Below are positions 47,073 to 57,872 of a DNA stretch of 64,000 nt, piece by piece (within the stretch, counting starts at the first letter, position 1; every line of letters starts with the position of its first letter). The position numbers and the translations under genes were made by a program. The stretch is from assembly GCA_024704765.1 (NCBI GenBank), contig JAKMXF010000188.1:429015-493014 (forward strand), read 5' to 3'. The stretch is from Oopsacas minuta (Eukaryota > Animalia > Porifera). The notes below the pieces were generated by a model. That model saw nothing but the letters and a program-made list of their open reading frames with translations, made no database searches and was not told the DNA's origin.

Positions 47073-50000
47073 CTAACAAATGTATGACGTCACTTCAACG
47101 CCAGTGATGTTAATAATTACAGAGCTTTCAGCATTCATCACAAGATTACTACTTTCTATTATATGACGTACAACATCATCTCTTCCCAGCTTCTGCAGCG
47201 TGTCTATCAAAACAATAAGGGTACTACTCGTATGTGTCTCCCATTTCTTCAAAATGTAATCAGTTGGACTCATGAAGGTTTCGATTAATTCAACATTTGG
47301 TATTTCATCAGCAAGGCCTAGCAAAAGAGCCAGAAGGCACCAGTCTCTGCCAAATCGATCTTGATGGTCTAACATTCTGCAGAGATGCCAACGAGCTCGC
47401 CGGGTTAGTTGGCGTATGTGTTGGAGAGGAGCACTGTGAGCTAGACTGGACAGGTCCTCGGATCCACAGCAAATCAAATCTACTAATCTCTCTGCATCCC
47501 CGCTAATTCTGTTAGTGAGGTCTGTGTGGCTCTTCTGAGCTTCAAATATGTCTGAGGGTTCGTACCAAAATGGATAACGCTTGTGGTTCTGTAAATCTCT
47601 TGCACTTAGAACCTATGAAAATATCGAATAAGAATTCTATGCAATGAAACTGAATTAAGCAAATAATAGGTAATAACTACAAGTACAAGTACAGCTGACT
47701 CAGAAATATTGTGACACTTATACTCCAAACAATATTTCCCAATTAACCGAAATTTATTGCCAGCTGGAATTAAATCCTTGTTTGGATAACTTTCACAATT
47801 AGTTGGTGTCCCGATTAAGCGGAATCTGCTGTATTACATTCTATATCCAGTATAAAAATCGGTCATATGTACAGGATATATCTTACAAACATTTAAGAGG
47901 GATGCGGGAGGGGCAAGCTCATATGGGTATACTCTCCCTCTAAGGGCCAGGAATTAGTACTGACAAAGGAGTGATGATTGGCTAACAATTTTTCAATATT
48001 CACTAATAGTAACTAGAAATCTAATACCAGTGGTGGTATAAAATTAGAAGGTTCGGTGAATTGTCGCAGCTATACCCAAATGGTATGCTTGATATCTTAC
48101 TTACCATAGCCAAGGCCCTGGATAGGGGGTGAAAGGGGTAACCGTTTTATGGTGACAGGTGCGGGAAAGGAAAACGTGGAGTGATGTAAGATTGAAAGTC
48201 GTTAGGGGGCGAAATCATATCCTGGGGCTTGATCATGGCAATAATACTAACAGCAGGAAAATGTTGAGCGATTAAAACAAGACCAACCAGACCAGTCACG
48301 CCTGCCCTGAATACTTTCGCAATAAATAATCGTATTTCTTCTGGCCTCAGACAGACTTATGTTGTCCCCTCCCTGAAGTGTTGCCTAGATCTAACAGGCT
48401 TGGGCCTAATAAGTTTATATTTGTACCTGAATCATACTGAAATCGTGTTTCATTCGGATGATTATAGATTCACAATTTTTATTTTAATAGACTAATCTAT
48501 ATTATTAAATCTCAATTGTTTGTTTGTTTGTTTGTTTGTTTGTTTGTTTGTCCGTTGTCAAGGAAAGGATTTATGGTATGCAATTTTGAAATAGTCGCAT
48601 AACTATGTATTTATCGTGTTTATCAAGGAAGAAAATAGAATTCAATAAAACTTCACTAAATATATCAAACACGCTGAATCCGATTTTCACACTTTTGGAT
48701 TAATCATATGTAAATTTATTGTTGTTTTTATGAATATAAAGTCAAAGAATTTCAAAATTGAAGTAGAAACATGCTTTCAAAGGTTATACTGAGGTGATCG
48801 AGTATGCTGAGTCCAAAGATAATATTGTAAACAAGATTTTGGGAATATTTGTTTACTTTTAGGTACATAAAGTAAACAAATTTCAAATTGATTAAGAATC
48901 ATACTTTCAACGACTATATTAGGATAATCGAGTATGCTGATTCCGATTTTCACACTTTCGAATTAATCATATTAAATTTATTTGTTATTGTATGAATATA
49001 AAGTAAACAAATAGTTGAAATCAGGAAATCTACTTAGAGACTTGCTCTTAACAGGCATATAAGGGTAATCAAGTACGCTGAATCCGAATATGATATTTTC
49101 AACTACGTATTGTGAATATTTGTTGTCTTTAGGTGTATAAAGTAAACAATTTTCTAAATAATCCTAGAAACTTGCTTTCAGCCGTTATACTGCAGTAGTC
49201 GGGTACGCTGCTTCCAAGTATGAATTTATCACCAAAGTATTGTTTAATATGTTGCTACTTATATACTTTGATTAATTTGAGACACAAGTGCCTAGCCTCA
49301 TGCGAACACAGTGTGTTAGCATACAGCGCAGCGCGAGGAAGCAAAGCGCGCTAGTTCATTGATAAAAGGAAAATAATTATGAACAATTCAAATCACGGTT
49401 GCACAAAATTTCCATGACATTGGATAAAAATGCTGTTTCTAAGAAGATTATAATATTCATTTACAGGATAATTCAGTTTAAACAAGATGGGATGAAATGT
49501 ATTTCAAATACAGTAATTATGGCTTATAAGGACACCCTTGGATGTGTAAAATACGTTATTATATTTAACCGACATTAAATAAGTATTGAGTAAATAGGTT
49601 TGTAAATTATATTAACTCTATTTAACTATAACGTTACATTGGTAACAGAGCAATGGCTGAAAGTTTCATTAGTTTACCCGGATATACGAAAATGGTAGTG
49701 TCGAAGAATGGTTGCACGTTTTGAGATTTGTGCTGACGCTAATAATTGGAAGGAGAAAGGGGGGCATTACTAATTCCTACTCTTTTAGAGAAGGAGGAGT
49801 TAGTGGGGTATCTCGAGCTTCCTAGTGAATTACGTAGGATTATAACGCAGCAAATAAAGCTCTGCTGGATGCATTTCATCCCAAAGAAGCAAGATGAAGG
49901 TGCACGTGAACAATTGTTGCTGCATAGATTTCTTGCTGGAATACTGGAGCAATAAAGCAAATCAATCAGAGCATGCTCCGAAATTCGATGGGCAACAGAT

Positions 50001-53000
50001 GCTATTAACGTTCCTGATGTTATGTCAACTTGAGGGAAAAGTAGCAGTAGTAACAGAATGGGAGTTGTAGCGAAAAGTCCAACGACATCAGATTGGGACA
50101 GTTAGATGATAAGTTGGATCGATTGCTATTAAAATTAGAAGAGATGAGAAGCAAGAAGTTATGGCGATTCGGCAATGAATTGTCGAGTAACCCATTTTAT
50201 CTGTTTTAGATGTGGATCTGCTGGACACATCCGTCGCAACTGTCCTTTAAACTACCAAGGGCCAACCGGAAGGATCACCCGTCTTTCTACCCCAGCGGCC
50301 CGAAAAACAGATCCATCTAGAATATCCTGTGATATGGCAAATAAATGATTTGATCTTTAAGTAAATCATTAAAAATGTGAGATAAGAAAAAGATCAATCA
50401 TCAAATCATCGAATTTAGGCGGAAAATCAATCAAAAATTATCAAAAATATTTAAGCAAAACCCGAAACGAATTGAAGAGCACCAAACACTTGGAAGGTTA
50501 CGTGTTGTACTGATTGTTACTTAAAGGTGGAGAAGTGCAATAGATTGGTTTATCATCTGTAAGGCTAGTATTGATTTTAACTGTCTGTTATCCATTGAGT
50601 ATGTAGTACTAACTATAACGTTACATTCTTGTAACCAGTATTCATAAGAGCGATATCCACTGTACATCGAATATATGTTCTTATAACCAATAATTTTCAA
50701 TTTAGAAATGATTGAAATGGATCACAGGCCATGGTTCTTATAGCACATATTAAGTTCTTATACGGATATGTTCCTATAACCGGTATTCTTATCAGCGATA
50801 TCCATTGTATAGAGGGATTAGAATTAGGATAATTCATTCATAATTTAGTCAACTTGATTTGCATTGTCCAAAAAGTATACATTTGGTGATATCTATTTTG
50901 AAATTATTGAGACGTATGCTAATCTCTTGCCACTCAGATATCCCAAAAATTATACTTTTTAGAGTATGAAATTGAAAATGAATTATCATCCCAGAGTATC
51001 TGAATTACCATTCATTATCATCTAACATCTACTAGGAAAGCAATTACTAGGGATGATAATTATCAATTTCTATTCTACTCCAATAGTTACCTGGATCTGC
51101 ACTGTAGCCATCTCAAAAATACTACAGTTATAATCAAGTTTATCAGGAATAAATGTATATATGAAACTAAAATTTTATCACATTTTCTGCGAAAATTCCC
51201 AGCCAACAATTCTCGTGATAAGAGCTCTCCCTCCATAATAGTCTATAAAATCTAGTATAAAGCATAGAAGTGAGGAGAGTAATTACCTGAGTAAGAATCT
51301 CAGTTCCTGGACAAATATCCTGTAAGGCGCGGAAAATGACCTCGTAGAACTGACGGATCAGCGCCAGACACTCAGTTCGTGTATGCTCAGCGCCTCTAAC
51401 ACAAATGTGAATAGCTCTATCGAAGTCTGTCAGCTCTGTTTTAACTTGTACCTCTCCTCTACAACAAATCAAACCCTCGCTCCAGATTGTCAGTTCCTGG
51501 TCCTCGAAATCTTCTTTGAAAATACGCCGTAATCTAATCTGCAATCTCTGAAACAGTCCTGGAGGAAATACGTCTAAATCTGTCCTGCACTGCAGACGGA
51601 GGCCAGTGTAACAAGTGTAGTTAGGCTCAGCAGCCCAGATTCCTAAAGAACAGATGTAGATAATTTCAAGCACGAGATTGACTTGATTAAGCTAAACTTA
51701 ATTAGAAATATATTATTGACATCAAGCACAATTACAACAGATGCAAACCTTAGGTCAGTGATATTGTATGATGATAGCAAAATACAATATTACATAAATG
51801 ATAGAAATTTGATATTAAAGTAAGTGGGATATACGTAGAGCCTTATACAGCACCTTTCCCTGTAGCTAGAGACTCAGTCTTATTGAAATTTTGAAAGAAT
51901 TTCACTTTTTAAGAAATATTTTTCCGGAAAGGAACACAGGATTTTCCAATTTCAGTAACAGTCTAGAATAATCTTAATTAACCTACCATATAAACTCTGC
52001 ATATCTACCAATAGTGGGAATTCGTACATATCAACTTTATTAAGAAGAGGCAAACACATCTCAAAATGCTCAAATATCCGAGCGACTGATAGAGGGTTAC
52101 ACTCCTGGTATACACGCTTAAACTCATCGAGATGAATTCTCCCAGTGACTGATCTTAGTTTAGGTATTGTAAAATTGTCGTTAGCCAGAGAGGGTGCGAA
52201 TATCCGTGTACCTAGCCAGCCAGGATCCAACACTACTAGACTTGTATTCGAAAACCGATTTATAAAAACAATCTCTCCCATCTTGTCTAAGTCTTCTGAA
52301 ATATTAAATAATTCCGTCTTTGAAACGAGAGGATTAACAAACTCTTTAGTCTTCTGTAAGTACTGGTGCCACGGTAACACAGGGAAATTATGGTAATCAT
52401 TCCTCCAATCTTTGAGCACGCCAGCCATCGTATCCACCATACCAGAATGATAGCCATGACTCTCTACAGACTTCAAACGGAGCTGACTCAAATGATCCTA
52501 TAACAGAAGAATGTGAAGATATATAAACATATTTTAACAATAGATAAGAGTATGCGGTATAAGGCAAGGTTTGTGGGGCTACATTTATCTGCTAATATGT
52601 ATATAATTATATTTATTCAGGATTCCTAAAAATACACAACGAACATGCAGCATATGAGCATCATTATGAAATGACACAATACAGTACATTCCATTAAATG
52701 ACTCCATATAAATTTAATAAAGGAGTTCGGTGAATAGTTTGAATCTGAATAACTCTTCACGGTAGAAGCTGAATCACAGAAAGAGGAAATAATAGCTGAA
52801 TAGAAAAATTAAATTGATGTGGTCTCAATTCGATGGTGATATAATTACGTGAATTAGGATAATCTATTGTATGGATAACAAAATTCCAATCAGTTAGAAA
52901 CCTAACTATACTACAGTTGTGTATCATACTTACTATCGAGATTTTAGCTAATACTTGTAATAACAAAGAATAGCTACAGAGTGGGAGTATGACTTTTGTG

Positions 53001-56000
53001 TACAGAGACATTTGTGTACGAAACTAGTGCGACATTTGTGTACAGTTAATCACATCAAAAGCCAATTCTATCGCCTGCCAACGTGAGTTCTAAAGACTAG
53101 ACAACATGCTACCGTACACAAACGTAGCAATAACTGTACACAAACGTCGAATTGTCTATTACACAAACGTCGAATTGTCTATTACACAAAAGTTGCATAA
53201 GTTTTTACACAAACGTCGCATGAGGTACTGTACACAAATGTTTCCCTCCGCTACCAAGTTCCGCCTCTACATATACAGGGCTTGAATATAATTGTTGAAT
53301 GGTTGAAATTTTGATCTACAGGAAGTCACAATTCAGATTAATATTTAATGTGGTTTTTACGTCATAATTACTGTACAAAAATAGAAAATTTCTAGAATTT
53401 ATTAATACTTGAGCCAAGAAGTGCCGAGATCAAGAACGAAAAGCTGCGTAACAGCCCCAATGTCAAGGATTCCATAATAATTCTTTTGATGGACCATGGA
53501 TAATAATTTCATAAAAGTTGCTATATCGTTAACTACGTAATCGTACGGGGCAATATTTTCTAGGATCAAGATACGTAGTTACGTGTTTATTGATTTGCTC
53601 AGCGTCTCCGACTAAAAACACTATCAGAATTTGCTATTTTATACTTATGGTAAATTCGAGGCACAAAGTAGCGGAACGAACCCGCAAGCAAAGCCCGCTA
53701 GTAAGATTACAAACCAGAAAACCATTACCTTGAGAGCAACAAGTCTAGACGATCTAGGGTTGAGTGCGTTGATAGTAAAGGTCTGATTAGAGAAGGAAAA
53801 GAACTGTTGGAATTCTTCTCTAAGAGTGTATAGGATAGTTTGTGCTATCTCTTTAGCAGGTGCTGCCTCCTGGCTGGAGATTGAAGGAGCAAATGTTTGA
53901 CTAGATGATAGAGATAGAGAGCTTCCTAGAGTTGAGTCATCACTTGAACATACGGAAGAGAATGAATTACGTCGACCCAGCTTCCCACAGGCAGCACTTA
54001 TACCTTGAGCATCTAGAATATAGTCCATCTGATCTAGATGTGTGCCCACTAACAGGACCCAAGGCTTGTTAATAGCATCACCTCCCCTCAGCAGCACGTG
54101 ATCTAGACTCAATTTTGATTTAATAAGAGAGAGGTAGTAACGTAATTGTATAACCAGCTCCTCTAATGGATCTGGAAGTCTGTAAGCTAACAGATATATT
54201 GTGTTGCTGCTAGTGAAGAAGTTTACGTGAGCAGGATAGAACTCTTTCGCCCCAGACATGTCCCACACGCTAAATTGATCCTGTAATAAGAATATTGGGA
54301 AATTAAGAAGTATTTATATAATATTATTGACATTCATAATACATAAACATTACAGGATAATAAGTGATTATCCCATTGATAGATGCCAGTGATGAACAAT
54401 ACTGTGTGTATTACGTAATCAGTCAAATTGTACAGATTTCATTCATGAGGCAATAAGATCGTATAGAACTCACTTGGTATCCAGATAGAGTTATATTCTG
54501 CACGCTTATTCCGTAGGTCTTTTTGTATTCGTATGAGAGCTCGGTATCCATTATCCCAGAGCTGTGACCATGTGAACTAATATTCCTCTTCTTCAGAAAA
54601 CCTCTGACAAAGTTACACACTAAACTGTCCACGAGTTCTGTCTTACCAACTGCTGGATTCCCGCAGATCATTAGTTTAACACGTTTGAGAGGGGTGGAGC
54701 GTTGGGTCAGCTGATCAACCAATATACCTCTAAAGTAATATTGGATTATAAATAGGGAGTAGTGATAAGAGAACTCGAATATTAACAAATTTCTGTAAGC
54801 TACTAATGTATTTCTCACTCAATTATCCGATTCAGCTAATCAATAAAAAATTCGATTGGTGCATTCAATAGATCGGCTTGAATCAGATAACTGAAAGGCT
54901 GAGTGGGATAATCGAATAAGAAATACAGTGGTAGTATGTAAGATTACAATTACTACAATGTATAATGCTTGTATTAAATAATATAATGTATTCCAGGCTC
55001 AATCAGGTGAGGGCAGAATAACAAATCAATCATACTAAACAGTGCTAGACTATCTAAGGGAAGTTTCATATAAATAATAACTTTACCTTCTATTCCCAAC
55101 TCTGAGATCTGCCAGCAGTTCAGCTATCTTCCGGTTACCTTTGTTAACAGCTACTTGCTCTGGGGTGTGACCGTGAGGAGTTCTAGGCTCCATGTTACAG
55201 CCGTACAGACAGAGGAGACGTACGATATCATAGTGGTCATACTTAGCCGCAATATGTAGTGGAGAAATCCCGTTGTTGTCTAGAACATCTAAGTCAGCTT
55301 CATGAGTATAGAGAATTTGTAAGATGCTCTCATTACCTTCTCTACACGCCTATACATAGAGTAGCTGAACTATAACTTATAATATTAGAAATTAATTCAG
55401 CAGTCAGCATGCATACCTCATGTAGAGCTGTAATTCCTTTCACATCTCTGATAGTGACATCTGCTCCTTTCGTGCACAAATAGTGCACTATCTCTGTATG
55501 TCCTCTCTTGCAGGCCAGTTGTAACGCTGTGAAGCCATCAATATCTGCAGTATCAAGAGGAGAGTCATGCTCACATAAAATCGACACTATCTCCATATAG
55601 CCCCTCACAGCGGCTACATGTAGAGCAGTCTCTCCCTCAATGCTGACTATCCCCAGACTAGCTCCTGCTGCACAAAGTACCCGCACCACATCCGTGTAGC
55701 CGTGCCAGGTTCCGGCATGGAGAGGGGTCTCTAAATCTTTGTCCTGAAGATTGGGAGACGCTCCTCGCTCACATAAAAACGATACAACGTTTATATGACC
55801 GTATCTAGAGGCTACGTGTAACGGAGTCTCGCCTACAAACAATTACAGTATGATTATAACGTAGAAAACAGAGTACCGGTAGCTTAGTACCTGCTTTGTC
55901 TTTAGCATTGACAGACACAGCTGGGTGTTGTAAGAGCCATTCCACCACATTCAAGTGTGCGTGTCTAGCTGCCCAGTAGAGTGGTGTATCCCCATGCTTG

Positions 56001-56200
56001 TCCTTGATGCTGAGGTCAGCATTCAGTTCCCCCAAATACTGCACTATTTCTATGTACCCATAACCAGATGACACGTGTAATAGAGACTCTCCGTGTTTAT
56101 CGATCGTGTCAGGAGGTATCCTTTCCGTTTGCATAATCTCCTTCAGGAGGTAGAGGTCGTCATTATCGACTGCCTGAAAGGCTGTGTTAATTGCATTCAT
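47073..56200 (-). CDS. DAPK1: DAPK1-like Roco protein: ankyrin repeats - ROC GTPase - COR - death domain, no kinase domain found; 1067 aa, 8 exons
   Basis: Exons 56200-55891, 55832-55417, 55349-55087, 54729-54474, 54280-53729, 52497-51987, 51642-51287 and 47612-47073 are GT-AG and total 3204 nt in frame. P-loop GNPAVGKT, G3 VWDMSG, G4 GTHLD, COR motifs LDPGWLG and FPPGLF, and death domain LCRMLDHQDRFGRDWCLLALLLGL. The gene symbol reflects architecture; orthology is untested. Confidence 0.88.
48496..49354 (+). mobile_element. Non-autonomous Helitron, family B (complete, 859 bp), in the last DAPK-like intron
   Basis: A^TCTATATTATTAAATCTC start, (GTTT)n, internal degenerate ~130-bp subrepeats, and GCGCAGCGCGAGGAAGCAAAGCGCG-CTAG^T end. 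Confidence 0.88.
49623..50625 (+). mobile_element. Decayed, internally deleted Ty3/gypsy LTR retrotransposon (gag only)
   Basis: PBS-like TGGTAACAGAGC at 49640 follows ...TTACA. A gag remnant starts at 49653 (EEWLHVFEICADANNW, LIPTLLE..YLELP) and contains the knuckle CFRCGSAGHIRRNC at ~50200-50245. A PPT AAAGGTGGAGAAG precedes TG...CA at 50536-50625. Only the terminal 16 nt TAACTATAACGTTACA are shared by both ends. Confidence 0.75.
52983..53246. repeat. MITE-like element with inverted arrays of a 9-bp subterminal motif
   Basis: TTTGTGTAC x3 on the left and TACACAAA x6 on the right. Ends are GGGAG... and ...TTTCCC. No TSD seen. Confidence 0.65.
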
Positions 56201-57334
56201 TGAACTAGTAAGTCAGTACGTATACTATTTCACATGTTAGTATAACTAAGACAAGCTATTTATATCACACACCACCTGAACAATGATCCGATTGTGCTAG
56301 ATTTATGAATAGAAGTATATCAAATTAGCAAAGGATTTCTAGAAAATTAGGATTGTCATTGATTAAATATTTCAATTTGTTATCTACCAATAAGTTATCG
56401 CTCAGCGCCCTCTTGGGTAGTTTCGCTCTGAAATATCCACTAAAATGCATATACTGTTAATAATTATATATGTCAAAATTGTCAATGCTTATACTATTAT
56501 TAGTAAGAGTTAGATAGATTTGCATACTTGAGAACTGTCCCGTTTTTGGCGGACGTATATTGAGGGCCAATGAGGCTAATGTCCTGCCAAAACTTGCCAA
56601 AAACCATAGTCCCGCGTTTTCGTAGTCCAGTCTAATACAAATATGGTACGTCCCGCGATGTCATGTTAACTTAGTGTATTCCGTACTTCTTTTTCTTCAC
56701 TCAGGTTAGCAAGTATGGATTTGTAATAATCAAGGTTGCAACAGAATAATTCAGTATTCGGTTTTCGGGTAGAACGTACTAGACTTAAGGCGATCTTTTC
56801 CCAAAACGAACATCAACTCTTGTACAAATTGCTTAGGGAGAATATTCGGATAAGACGTACTCCGGTTAGAACTAATTTTTGATCCCGAGGGAGTACGTCT
56901 CATTCGAGTTATACCGTATTATCAATAGTATTTTGAATGCTGCTTCCTGAATAATGATATTCGGTTCGAGCTGTTTCAACCTTGGGAAAAATCCTCAAGA
57001 GGAATTCCATTCCACTGATTGATTCCCCCACATACACCATGCAAAATTCAACACATTGAGACAAGTTATACACCACAAGTGACGAGCGATAGCTTGTATT
57101 ACGAAATTAAAAACTTCAAATTATTCCTGAAAATTATGTTAATTTACCACTCAATGTAATGTTAGGATCAGATTATTGATATTATTGATAGAAACTATTA
57201 TCATTACAATGTATTTTCTACAATTTTACCCTATAGGAAAGCTGGCTTTATCGTATATAATTTCAAATATATATACTAATGAATTAATTTGTAAGATCAA
57301 TCCCCTTTGTAGTCATTGAGAGCAAGTATCTACG

Positions 57335-57872
57335 TTTTTCTAATTTGTTTACTTTATATTCAGAAAAACAACAATAAATTTACATATCAACGGACAAACA
57401 AACAAACAATGCCATATTCGGACTCAGCATACTCGATTACCCCTGTAGAGCCTTTGAAAGCATGATTTTAACACAATTTTAAAATTTGTTTACTTTATAT
57501 ACATAAAAACAACAATAAATTTACATATAAGAAACTTGAAAATGCGAAATTCTGGTCCAGCGTACTGTGTTACCCCTGTGTAGCCGCTTAGAGCAAGCCT
57601 GTATGTATATTTTGAGATTTGGTTAATTTGTTTACTTTATATTCATAAACATCAATAAATTTATATATGATTAATCCAAAAGTGTGAAAATCGGATTCAG
57701 CATGTTCGATATATTTAGTGAAGTTTTATTGAATTCTATTTTCTTCCTTGATAAACACGATAAATACATAGCTATGCGACTATTCCAAAATTGCATACCG
57801 TAATCCTTTCCTTGACAACGGACAAACAAACAAACAAACAAACAAACAACAATAGAGATTTAATAATATAGA
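57335..57872 (-). mobile_element. Helitron family B, 3'-truncated, with rearranged internal subrepeats
   Basis: The A^TC end at 57872 and the (AAAC)n block match the copies at 45374 and 48496. AATTTGTTTACTTTATATxCATAAAAACAACAATAAATTTACATAT occurs three times. Confidence 0.75.
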
